Of a stretch of 64,000 bases of DNA, positions 27,597 through 40,613 are shown piece by piece (within the stretch, counting starts at the first letter, position 1; each line of letters opens with the position of its first letter). Under the pieces are notes generated by a model that saw nothing but the letters and a program-made list of their open reading frames with translations, was not told the DNA's origin and made no database searches. Source of the DNA: Octopus sinensis. Lineage: Eukaryota. Where the stretch lies: positions 95,604,001 through 95,668,000 of the forward strand of contig NC_043005.1 in assembly GCF_006345805.1 (NCBI RefSeq), in the 5' to 3' direction. The position numbers and the translations under genes were made by a program.

Positions 27597-28930
27597 AGTA
27601 GACAAGAGTTGTTTTGGCATTTATACATTTAGGCAGGTTTTTTAAATGGGTGGTGGTGGGGGACTTTTTTGGGGGTAGGCATGGCGCAAAACTGTCATTA
27701 TTAGGGGAGTGGTCAAAGGAATCGGTGGTAAAGTAGATTAAAAGAATAAATAAAAGGAATAAAAGAATAAATAGAAAAATAGAGTTTTAGGTAAGTAAGG
27801 AGACTCTCACTTGTACATCTACATATATATATATATATATATATAATATACACCACATATTCACATATATCTATATATATACATACATACCCATATATAC
27901 ATACATATACATATATATATACATATACATAAATATATATACACATACCCATGTACATACACACAAATACACATATACATACATAATATACATATATGTA
28001 TACACACTCGCACATATATATACATACAACATATACACATGCATATACATGCACAACATACACACTTTTACTCCCTATTTTAATTTTATTATTACTTTGT
28101 TTATATCTTTATTTTTATCTTGACCTCGGTCAGCCGGTCTCAAGGATGATCTAAAGAGTCCATTTATCTATCTACTCACTGATACGAACGCAAACACTCA
28201 CTCACGCCCCCACACACTCACACGTACACTCATACCCATACACACACGCACGTGTTATATTCATACACACATACATCTACATACATTCACGTATTCACAT
28301 ATGTACACGTACCTACTGATTCATATCTACACGCATACACATACTACCTCAATACACCCACAGAAACGAGTCCATACACATGTACACTAATAAATATATA
28401 TACACATATACACATACACATACATACACATACATACATATACATACACATATACATATATATATACATATAACAGGAAGCTTTATGAAAATAAACAAAA
28501 GACGAAGGCAGGTGGAAAACAAACGAACATACACATATACATTCATACATATATACACATACACACATATATATATGCGTACACATACACACACACACGC
28601 GCGCATCTATATATACACATAAGTACATACATGCATAAATGTATACATATGTCTATACATATGCATACACATCCACACACACACGCGCCTCCTTATGTTC
28701 ATAAATACATACATGCATACAGACATATACATATATACATACATGCATACTCAAATAATAATAATAAATATATATACGTGCAGTTACCCATTATACAGAC
28801 GGATACTACATATAACTACACATATATACCTATTTACACATATGTATATATACATACATACATACACACATAACTCTACATACCTACATATACATAACAA
28901 CACAAGCGTACCCATATATATATATATATA

Positions 28931-28972
<42 letters not shown>

Positions 28973-29049
28973 TATATACATATATACACACACATACACA
29001 CATAATACATTTACACACACATTTACACATATATATACAATACATATAC

Positions 29050-29083
<34 letters not shown>

Positions 29084-29709
29084 ACCAACAAGCACATACA
29101 TGCATAAATGTATACATATGTTATACAAATGCATACACATACACACACTCACGCGCCTCCTTAATACTAAATACATACATGCATACAAACGCCCCCATAC
29201 TCATGTAATAAATAATGAATAATAAATAATAGATATATATACACATGCAGTTACCCTTATGAGTGTATGTATATATATGTGCGAGTGTGTATACATATAT
29301 GTATATATATGTATGTATATGTGTATTTGTGTGTATGTACATGGGTATGTGTATATATATGTATGTATATGTATATATATATGTATATGTATGTATATAT
29401 ATATATATGTATGTATATATGGGTATGTATGTATATATATAGATATATGTGAATATGTGGGTGTGTATATATATATATATATATATATGTAGATGTACAA
29501 GTGAGAGTCTCCTTACTTACCTAAAACTCTATTTTTCTATTTATTCTTTTATTCTTTTATTTATTCTTTTATCTACTTTACCACCGATTCCTTTGACCAC
29601 TCCCCTAATAATGACAGTTTTGCGCCATGCCTAACCCCAAAAAAGTCCCCCACCACCACCCATTTAAACCTGCCTAAATGTATAAATGCCAAAACAACTC
29701 TTATCTACT

Positions 29710-29760
29710 AGCTTCCTGATGATTTCTTTTGAATGAAACAGTTCTAGTCCTGTAGAAGCT
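29710..29760 (+). ncRNA. Type I hammerhead ribozyme (U.U at the stem II closing pair)
   Basis: Stem I AGCTTC/GAAGCT, core CTGATGA 29716-29722, GAAA 29735-29738, stem III ACAG/CTGT. GUA with predicted cleavage after 29754. Confidence 0.78.
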
Positions 29761-29786
29761 CCTTCTATATAATAAATATATATATA

Positions 29787-30486
29787 GCAATTAAGGACAA
29801 CTACTTAATAAGGAAAACTTAACAAGAAATTGTCAGGTAGATAGCGTAAAAACCTCATAAGAGAAAAAATTTCGAAAATAATTATTTCTTATTGAACATA
29901 TTAATTTATATATAGAGGGCATTATACATACATGCCAGAAGGCATTTACATACATGCCAAACGCTAAGAGGGACAATCAGTCATTTCTACCAAAAATATT
30001 ACTAATCCCACCGATGCAAATTTTCAAAGTAAGACATTTAAAAATATAGACCTGTATCACAGTGATTTCATACTTACGTAATCATCAGCAGGCTGAATGT
30101 ATTATAACTAAACAACGACCCTGCCCCACTTAAGCCGATCAGCTAACTGATCAACATCAACGAAGCACATGGGTGAGAGTTTACATATATTACATCCGGG
30201 TAAATGGCAAACTTTTACGAATTGCATTTCGGGAGAGGAAAAGTTTTTTTCGGAATAAAAATTTAGCAATTAAGGACAACTACTTAATAAGGAAAACTTA
30301 ACAAGAAATTGTCAGGTAGATAGCGTAAAAACCTCATAAGAGAAAAATTTCGAAAAAATTTTTCTTATGAACATATTAATTTATATATAGAGGCATTATA
30401 CATACATGCCAGAAGGCATTATACATACAATGCAAGCTAAGGGCATGTATGTATAATGCCTTCTGGCATGTATGTATAATGCCCTC

Positions 30487-30495
<9 letters not shown>
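29787..30495 (-). mobile_element. Hammerhead-bearing element (479-bp period, ~1.4 direct units plus fold-back 5' end)
   Basis: GCAATTAAGGACAAC at 29787 and 30266. 30443-30495 is an inverted copy of the adjacent sequence. (TA)n on both flanks. Confidence 0.82.
30050..30093 (-). ncRNA. Type I hammerhead ribozyme (U.U closing pair, AUA site)
   Basis: Minus strand CCTG-CTGATGA-T-TAC-gtaa-GTA-T-GAAA-TCAC-t-GTGATA-CAGG. Near-palindromic stem III. Confidence 0.75.
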
Positions 30496-30571
<76 letters not shown>

Positions 30572-31324
30572 ATGGATGAATGAATTATCCTTTGTTTACT
30601 GTTAACATGGAAAATTCAATAAACCGTTACCAGGGTAGCAAAATTCACGCAAGTAACAAGGATGTAGCGAACTATTCAAAGGTAGAAACTCCAGGTGAAT
30701 GTGGAGTAATTTGTGTAGTATAAGTAAATAAATGCAGTTGAACACAGGTGTTATTCAAATTCTTTTACTTTCGACATGTTTCGAAGACAACATTGGTTTT
30801 ATTCCATTTTACACCGTTTTACACCGTTTATTCCTTTGGAATAAAACCAATGTTGTCTTCGAAACATGTCGAAAGTAAAAGAATTTGAATAATACCTGCG
30901 TTCAACTGCATTTATTTACTTATATAGCCCCATGTCAAAAAGTCCAACCCATAACAGATTGGAAAGAGGACAAGCAATGATGATGATGATGATTATATAT
31001 ATGTGTGTGTGTGTGTGTGTAAATATACATATACACATACACACATTACATATAGACATACATACACACAGACACACACACACACACATTTCTACATTAT
31101 CACTGTAGAGGAAGTAGTTTGTCCGTTCCTCTGGAGCAGCAAATTTTTTTTAAAAGCCAGTGCATCATTTCCTCCCACTGACCACTCAGTCATGAGAAAT
31201 GCAATGAGTGGAATTTCAGTCTTCTGAGAAAAGCAGGAACAAAAGAAAAACCTCACCTTTGAATTAATGAATAAATTCTGTTATTTATATTGAGCGTTTT
31301 CTTTGTCAACTTTCGCTATTCAGA

Positions 31325-31491
<167 letters not shown>

Positions 31492-32499
31492 TCTTCCTCT
31501 ATCTCTATTTCTCTCTTTCCTCTCTCTCCCTCTCATACATACATATTACAGACATAACTATGTATGGATACATAGACACATCTTACATGCACGCACACAC
31601 ACGCACACACACACACACACCACACACACACACACATATGCACATTTATATAAATGTCCAACCCATACCAATACTAGAAAATGATGATGATGGTTGGTGA
31701 AAATGATTATATATGTTATGTACGAGTTCCTCTGTGTGTGTGTGTGTGTGGAGAGAGAGAGAGAAGAGGAGGCATGCAAATATTACTGTGTGAGGCTGTT
31801 GAATGAAGGAAACTGCATGAGAGAGAGAGGGGGGGAGGCAAAGAGAGAGACAGAGAGGGTTTCTACTCCGTGTAGATCCGACATCATCATGGCCATTGTC
31901 ATCATTTAACAGAAGGCTCTAATTGAAGTCAAAGAGTAGATCGTCAAAAGACCGATTAAGCATATGAAGGTATTCTTTATGAAGGCTGGTCACTGAAACG
32001 CTGAACATAGCCATCAAGGTATACCGTTTCATGCTAGTCATTTATGATCACAGTCAGACGGTTCATGGAGGAGTCTGTCATACACAGTGACTAGCATAAC
32101 CATACTAAGTAAAAGGCACCTGTGCTGGCACCAAAGCACCTATGCTAGTGCCATATAAAACACATCCAGTCCAATCGGTAAAGTGGCTGGCTTTAGGCAG
32201 GACATCCGGCCATAGACACCATGCCAAAACAAACAACTGGAGCCTCAGTAGCTCTCCAGCCTTGCCAGCTCCTATCAAACCGTCCAATCCATGCCAGCAT
32301 AGAAAACGGATGTATGGTGATGCTGGTGGTGGTGATGATGATTACTATTATTGCTGTTGTTGTTACTATTATTATTATTAAATGAGGAGATGCTTTAAAA
32401 AGAAGTTACTTCAGTGGCATGGATCAGGTTTTGAGAGTAACAGAAAAAGTTATAGCTCAGAAAAAATTAGATGGCATATGATGCAGTTCGGATTTGTAA

Positions 32500-32871
32500 T
32501 CTCTCTCTCTATAAAGCTGAAGTTGTCTGTGTATGGCAGGTTTGGTAGCCTTCAACTAACACTTTCTCCTCCGAGACCCTGTGGCGCAAGTTGACCAGAA
32601 TTGAGAGTATGATAGAAGAAGGCTTGCTCTTCCTTCCGTAGAAGAAAAAATTCAAATCGGACCATGTTAACACCAAAAATTATTTACATAAAAAAGGTGC
32701 TTTTTTTCTATGAAAATCCCTATTTTTTATGATTTTTTCACTGCTGTGTCGCCATTTTTCGGTGTATTTCAACCAGAAAAATGTTCACTTAAATGCAAAA
32801 TTTTTACTTTTCAAAAATTCCAATTCTAAAGGGTCGAAACAAACCTGAGAAACGCCGGGCGATACTGCTAG
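32500..32871 (+). mobile_element. Short non-autonomous Helitron (372 bp)
   Basis: A|TCTCTCTCTCTATAAAGCTG...TGTCTGT head. 3' ACCTGAGAAACGCCGGGCGATACTGCTAG|T. Inserted between A and T. Confidence 0.72.
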
Positions 32872-33369
32872 TGATATTATGTTTCTGTTTTGGCTGAGTT
32901 GAGTTGATATTGATGAATTCAAGAACACGAATTTCAAATACGAAAATATGCATTTCCTCATGGAACAAAATGATGTTTTGTCATCACAACCAATGACAAC
33001 TGTTTATGAGGTATTTGCATGCTGAGAATGATAATAGTTGTGAATGGTATTCTGTCTAGCAGCTTGGCAGGTATGTGTCACCACTAGCAGCTGGTAGAGT
33101 GGCATTTCTATTTATAGTTGATGAAAATAGTGCAAAAAAACACAACTTGCTGATGACATCCTGTTCTATCAGAGGCCTGAGAAGTCAGTCCGTTACTAAC
33201 GTCATCCATATTTGAATGAATTGTATTTGTGTTGATATGGTGGTTTCTACTCGAGATCTGATTGGTTAGTCATGTGCTAATATTGTCAATCTCCAACAAA
33301 AATCCTAATCATTTGAACACAATAATCTGGGTTTGATCCTAAGGTGCTTGGTCCTCTGCCAAATATTCC

Positions 33370-34400
33370 TGTTACAGGTTTATGCCAAGACAAGGTATCA
33401 CAGACACCCCAGATATTCACTTTCTAGTGAAACTGCTGGAAAAGCACATACCTAAGAGCAAGCCACTATGCCTAGTATTCACTGACTTGAAGAAAGCCTT
33501 TGAAAGGTTACCACATTTTGTAATCTCATGGTTTTTAGCAAAACTAAGTGTAGATGAATGGTTTGTTAGAACTGTGCAAGCCATGTATAGAAATGCCATT
33601 AGCAAAGTGAGAGTTGGCTGTGAATGAGGTGTTTAGTGTACAGGGCTTCACTCTCGGCTGTTGTTCTGTAGATTATAGTACTCCAGAGTTTAAAAACCAG
33701 TTGTCTGTGGAAACATCTGTATGCTGATGACATAGTTTTCATAGTTGAAATATATCCAACGATTAGAGAAGAAATTTCAGAAGGCTAAGCAAAGTCAAAA
33801 AGTTTGGGTTAGTAAGAAAGAAGACTGGCCTTTACTCCTATCTGAGAAATGGCCATACTCAATATTCCGGAAAGAAATATACAAGAATTCCATACTTTGT
33901 ACCTGATGTAAAATATTAGTGCACAAGATATGCAGTAGAATCACAGGTAGACTGACAGAGAATGAATTTGAATGCAACATATACAGAATAGTAGTTATCC
34001 ATAAGAGTCTTCATGAAATGAATTCCTTCAAATGTCTGAAAATCTCCTTGAAGTAGTTGACAACTTCTCTTATCAACATTAGAGGTGGATATTCTGACGG
34101 CTTAGAAGCCCAAAGTAAGAACAGGGTTGAACAAAGGAAACAAAGGGAATCTTTTTAAATAAAAATTAAATTATGTGATGCTTGTGTATGAAGTGTAATA
34201 TTGCATTGCAACAAAACATGCACATACAGCATGGAAGATGTACAAAGGCTGAAATGAGTTGAGCATCGAATGAAACAACCAGGTGCAGCTAATTGGATGC
34301 TAACAATTTGGCATGGCTGACTGAACAATAAAAACTATTTTGGCACTGGAAGCAAATGCACACATGTGAGTGCACATGCAGAAATATACATATACAAAGA
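33370..34400 (+). pseudogene. Old, decayed RTE-clade LINE reverse transcriptase fragment
   Basis: LLEKHIPKSKPLCLVFTDLKKAFERLP...LSVDEWFVRTVQAMYRNA and a YADD remnant (ATGCTGATGAC ~33721). Many stops. Confidence 0.75.
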
Positions 34401-35087
34401 AAAATAGATGGGTGGGGAGACAAAATGAGACAAACATTAAAGAGATAGAAATAGTAATACATGAAAAACATTAAAATGCTTGATGTCAAATAAGTTTTGA
34501 ATCAGCAGCACCAAACAGGTGTGCCAGCAAAGGCGGCAAGGAGCTGGCAGAAACGTTAGCATGCTGGATGGAATGCTTAGTGGTATTTCGTCTGTCGTTA
34601 CGTTTTGAGTTCAAATTCCACCATGGTCGACTTTGCCTTTCATCCTTTCAGAATCAATTAAATAAGTACCAGTTACGCACTGGGGTCGATATAATCGACT
34701 TAATCCGTTTGTCTGTCCTTGTTTGTCCTCTCTGTGTTTAGCCTCTTGTGGGTAGTAAAGAAATAGGTGTGCCAGCACAGCTCATACCCAGATGAGTATG
34801 CTCCTCTGAATATTATTGTGAATGAGTGATGGATCACAAGTGAGGTGTAAGAGAAATTAGCTGTAGTGTGCCAAAGAGGTGACTGCATTTGCTGGAACAT
34901 GAGGTGTGTATGGAGGATTACGTTTTGGTCATGAAATACCAAATGAAGAACCTTAAGAAGTTGAAGACATAGGTAAAGTAATAAAACTTATCTCAAGATG
35001 CTGTACTTCACAAAGGAATTACAAGTGGTAAGATTCTGTTCTAAAGAAGACATGACCAACACATGCAAGTAGAATAAAATGGATATG

Positions 35088-35127
<40 letters not shown>

Positions 35128-35328
35128 AGTGATGTGATGGTGATGATGATGGTGATGGTGATGGTGATGATGGTGATGATGATGATGACGATGATGATGA
35201 TGATGGTGGTGGTGGTGGTGATGATGATGATGATGATGATGATGGTGATGGTGATGATGGTGATGGTGATGATGATGATGATGGTGATGGTGGTGGTGGT
35301 GGTGGTGGTGATGATGATGATGCCATGA

Positions 35329-35454
<126 letters not shown>

Positions 35455-36532
35455 TAAGTTTCCATAATGATTAATATCCATATTTCCATATCAATATATG
35501 TGAGGGTTTTTTTCTTTTAGCATTTGGGTACCTTTCCTTGCAATTTCAAGGCAAGATTGGAACCTCCTTGTCACTTAGGCAAATATAGCCTGAGTGAACC
35601 CCTGTTTTGCTCAGGGGTTCAGTGCAGTGACTGTAGTAAGGCTTCAAGTCAAAGCAATAAGATTGATTAATAATCCAGTAACATCTATAACCATTATTCT
35701 TCAAATTCTTCACAAAATATGTTGGGTACTTCTCCACCTCTCCCTCGCTTTGTTGTCAAGAAAGGAGAGAGAGAGTTTGCAAAGAATGACAGTAAAATTA
35801 TCTGATTGAGGGTGGAAAATATAGAGTAAAATTTAGGTAGATAAATGAATAAACGATTTTTTATATTGGAAGAAGAACATCAAAGTTAGGGCAACAAGAT
35901 TATAGCAAAACAGCATTTCCAAGTTGCTTTGTCTTTCTACTTGTTCCTACCTGGCACAAAGTCTTTTAAAAGTCTGAATGGTTGTTGTTGTCAAGTAAAT
36001 ATGGTCATGCATGGACAATCGCAGTTATCCTGATGAAGCAAAACACAGGAAGACCATAGAAAGGATGGCTGAGCCTCAGCAAAGAACAGACACAGAGAAA
36101 TTTGGTGGAAAAACAGGGATTGTCTGATGATGACTTAAGGAAAGAGAATGAAAGTAGGCTGCATTTCTTGCAGGGCACCTGCAGATTCTCTGGGTTTCTG
36201 ACATTGCGATTTTTTTTTTTGCCCTTGATGGAGCAGATCTATAATCAAAAGTATTTCACCTGTTGCTATTCCCATCTTTTATTTCAGATACAGTGTAAGC
36301 AATGAAGCATGACAAACATGGTGGGTGAGTAAGAAAGTAATGCAGTTTTTATTCACAATACTTTCTGACTCATTCTTCTATGCTTGCATTGCAATCATGA
36401 GGTCCTAGGTTCCATCTCACTGGGTGGCATATATACATATAGAAAATATTAATATATACCCTCAATGCTTTCTATTGTTGTTGTTTCTTATTTGTTTAAT
36501 TTAAAATTTTTTTCTTTGTTTCTTCCTGTCAG

Positions 36533-36808
36533 GTATGCATTACTCGTGGGACGACCACCATTTCAAACTTCTACCCTCGTAGAGACCTACTTCCGCATCA
36601 CAGCCAATACATATACCATTCCAGCAAACATATCTCCAGCAGCAGAAAAACTTATCAGTCGATGTTTGCATGCATTGCCATCGATGAGGCCGTCCCTCGA
36701 TGAAATTGCTGCTGATGAATTTTTCACCTGTGGATATATTCCAAAATCATTGCCATCTACCGTCTGTTTATCAGCTCCGAAATTCCCTGATCACCCAAAA
36801 CCTGCAAG
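36533..36808 (+). CDS. PLK: Polo-like kinase exon (kinase C-lobe, YALLVGRPPFQT...RPSLDEI...FF)
   Basis: Pyrimidine tract plus CAG, GT donor (GTACAA), 276 nt phase 2-2. Confidence 0.93.
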
Positions 36809-37461
36809 GTACAAAACAAAAAATGTCTCCTATTTTCTGGCATATATCATGCATTCTCATTTTACAAGTCTGTTTTGTGGAAAAAATGTTGGGTATGTTT
36901 TTGAAGTTATAAGGCATATATTAACTTATGTCATTCAACGGCATGCTGTGCTGGTGGCACGTAATAGACACCATTTGAGCGTGATCGTTACCAGCATCGC
37001 CTTACTGGCACCTGTGCCAGTGGCATGTGTAAAAGATTCGAACAAGGTTATTGCCAGTACCGCCTGACTGGCCCCGTGCCGGTGGCACGTAAAAAGCACC
37101 CACTACACTCTCGGAGTGGTTGGCATTAGGAAGGGCATTCAGCTGTAGAAACTCTGCTAGATCAAGATTGGAGCCTGGTGCAGCCATCTGGTTCACCAGC
37201 CCTCAGTCAAATCGTCCAACCCATGCTAGCATGGAAAGCGGATATTAAACGATGATGATGATGATGATGATATAAATAAATGTATGTGTGTGTGTACTCA
37301 AATACACACACACACACAAAGACATGGTTGTATGGTAAGATGTTTACTTCCCAACCAAGTGGATCTGGGTTCAGTCTCACTGCATGGCATCTTGGGCGAG
37401 AGGGCTGACCAAAGCTTTGTGAGTAGATTTGGTTGACAGACAGAAACTGAAAAAAAACCTG

Positions 37462-37499
<38 letters not shown>

Positions 37500-38001
37500 T
37501 TATCTTTGTTTTTGTGTCTGTGTTTGTACCCCACCACTGCTTGACAACTGGTGCTGGTGTGGTTATGTCCCCCATAACTTAACAGTTCAGCAAAAAAGAT
37601 AGATAGAATAAGTACTACACTTAAAGAATAAGTCCTGGGGTTGATTCATTCATCTAAAAAATTCTCCAAGGCTCCAGCATGGTCACAGTCTAATGCCTGA
37701 AATAAGTAAAAGATATATATATATATATATATATATATCAAATAAAATTAAAAACAGAACACAAAGGATATCGCAGTACACGTGTTTCAAGCTTTATAAA
37801 CAATCCGTTCTTACCTCAGTATATTATTGATATAAAAGATGGTTTATAAAGAATGGATTGTTTATAAAGCTTGAAACATGTGTACCGCGATATCCTTTGT
37901 GTTATGTTTTTAATTTTATTTGATATATACTCTTTCACCTCTGCCACTATCTGGCATATACAGGTGCTTACACTTATCAAGTATTCACCCTAAATTTACA
38001 G

Positions 38002-38059
<58 letters not shown>

Positions 38060-38766
38060 ATATATATCATTGTATCGAAATTGCTCAGAATATTGGATAT
38101 TATTATATACCACTGGTCACAATGCACTTCCTCACATTGTTGTAGTTTTCGAACAATGCCACTCTGCTGGCTAGTCAGGCAGGCCAACATTCCCCTTGAA
38201 CAGAATGCCAGTCCATTGTACATGTGTAAGTGGACTGGATTGATGTGAAATGAAGAGCACAATGCACGACCAGTCTGGAAATCAATCTGGCAATCTGGCA
38301 ATCATGTATGCAATACCCTGACCACTGGGCCACATGCTGTCACACATACACATATGTGTGTATGTGCGTGTGTGTGTGTGTATATATACTCACACATAAT
38401 ATACACGTAACTTACTTAATTACTTCAATGTTCCTGGTGCTATAATGTGTAGTGTGACACAATTTTAGCTTTGACTATTACAATACATGTCACCTCCTGA
38501 TAATTAATGATATATTAGCTTCATGACCTTGAATATATTAGTTTCCTTTTAATGAGCACCAATGCCAATGCTATTAGAATTAGATAAAGCAAAACTAATT
38601 TGGTACTTAGATTAGATTACTGAACCCACAATAGTATTCTAATTATTCCAATTAAAATTACAACCACGTTTTTTTCGATTAGCTGTGTGTGTCGTTTTAT
38701 ATATATATATATATATTCCATACACTTACACACACACATATATATGTATATATATGTATATATATT

Positions 38767-38804
<38 letters not shown>

Positions 38805-38818
38805 GTGTGTGAGAGAGA

Positions 38819-38852
<34 letters not shown>

Positions 38853-38880
38853 GTATATGTATGTATATATATATGTATAT

Positions 38881-38912
<32 letters not shown>

Positions 38913-39070
38913 CATAGCCTACTTGTCCAAGTTTTGTCCTTGGCTTGTCTGTCACATGAATTGTGATGTATTTCTTTCTAGACAGCAAACAAAAGTTAAC
39001 ATTAAATGTAATGGTGGCATGTTCTGAGGTGTAGTTTTTGTACCATTTGATCCTTTCTTTCTTTTGGCAG

Positions 39071-39116
39071 ACCAATGTCTTATGCTGACCTTGAAAACCA
39101 AGTTGACAATGTCAAG
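39071..39116 (+). CDS. PLK: Polo-like kinase small linker exon ((R)[15 protein letters not shown])
   Basis: Pyrimidine-rich TTGGCAG acceptor, GTAATT donor, 46 nt phase 2-0. Supported by phase compatibility and an open frame only, with no conserved motif. Confidence 0.65.
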
Positions 39117-39827
39117 GTAATTACAAATGCATTGCACAATAGGAAAGCTGATTGGGAGGTAAACATTGTTTTTTGTTTTTTTAAATCTCATTCCTACCAT
39201 CTTTGACTCCTGGATTCATGCAATTTAAGTTTCCTTTCATTTTATCATTGTTTTATGTTTCACTTTACACAATGTAAATAACATTTTGTTCACGGGAATT
39301 ATAAACAATGCCAGTGGCTTGTTTCAACTTAAAGGGACAGGTATTTCTGGCTGACATGATACAACATATTGAAACACCTGTGTCCTAGAATCCCTTGTTT
39401 GTAAACTGTGTTACAAACATGCAGTCATCATAAAAGGAAGAAGTTGCTTTCCTGTGACACACACAACAGTGGCTTTCATATTTATGTTTAAATCCGCTGG
39501 AATGCATTAAGGCTGAATACGTAAACCATCGTTTCAGACCTTGCTGTACACAGTGCAAATGACAATGTTGTAAAATCATGTTTTGACTTGTATGTTATGT
39601 TCATCATTATCATTATCATCATTGTTTAACGTCCACCTTCCATGCTAGCATGGGTTGGACGATTTTGACTGAGTGCTGGCGAACCAGATGGCTGCACCAG
39701 GCTCCAATCTTAATCTGGCAGATATTGTTGGATTTTTTTTTCTTCGGCTCTTATGGTACCATCCCATCCATACTAGCATGAAACACGCCCATTAAATGAT
39801 GATGATGATATATATACACACATATAA

Positions 39828-40613
39828 GGCGGCGAGCTGGCAGAAACGTTAGCACGCCAGGCGAGATGCTTAGTGGTATTTCGTCTGCCGTTACGTTGTG
39901 AGTTCAAATTCCGCCGAGGTCGACTTTGCCTTTCATCCTATCGAGGTCGATAAATTAAGTACCAGTTACGCACTGGGGTCGATGTAATCGACTTAATACC
40001 TATGTCTGTCCTTGTTTGTCCCCTCTATGTTTAGCCCCTTGTGGGTAATAAAGAAATAGGTATTTCGTCTACCGCTACGTTCTGAGTTCAAATTCCACTG
40101 AGGTCAACTTTGCCTTTCATCCTTTCGGGGTCGATTAAATAAGTACCAGTTACGCACTGGGGTCGATGTAATCGACTTAATCCATTTGTCTGTCCTTGTT
40201 TGTCCTCTCTGTGTTTAGCCCCTTGTGGGTAGTAAAGAAATAGGTATTTCGTCTGCCACTGCGTTCTGAGTTCAAATTCTGCCAAGGTCGACTTTGCCTT
40301 TCATCCTTTCAGGGTCGATAAATTAAGGACCAGTTACGCACTGAGGTCAATATAATCGAGTTAATCCGTTTGTCTGTCCTTGTTTGTTCTCTCTGTGTTT
40401 AGCCCCTTGTGGGTAGTAAAGAAATAGGTATTTCGTCTGCCACTGCGTTCTGAGTTCAAATTCTGCCAAGGTCGACTTTGCCTTTCATCCTTTCAGGGTC
40501 GATAAATTAAGGACCAGTTACGCACTGAGGTCAATATAATCGAGTTAATCCGTTTGTCTGTCCTTGTTTGTTCTCTCTGTGTTTAGCCCCTTGTGGGTAG
40601 TAAAGAAATAGGT
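39828..40613 (+). mobile_element. tRNA-derived SINE head followed by four tandem 184-bp bodies
   Basis: GTATTTCGTCT at 39876, 40060, 40244 and 40428, ending at GGTAT 40611. Single copies of the same family at 34535-34768 (+) and 18035-18268 (-). Confidence 0.85.

Larger units (their letters stand above)
27462..29776 (-). mobile_element. Penelope-like insertion bounded by ~500-bp inverted repeats, each with a hammerhead
   Basis: 27522-28027 is the reverse complement of ~29262-29776. The left arm extends ~60 bp further. The interior is microsatellite-rich and both flanks are (TA)n. Confidence 0.7.

Noticed and set aside
36809-37067. Extension of the 200-aa ORF beyond the exon donor
   Set aside because: Read-through into intron and repeat sequence. 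PLK similarity ends at the GT at 36809.
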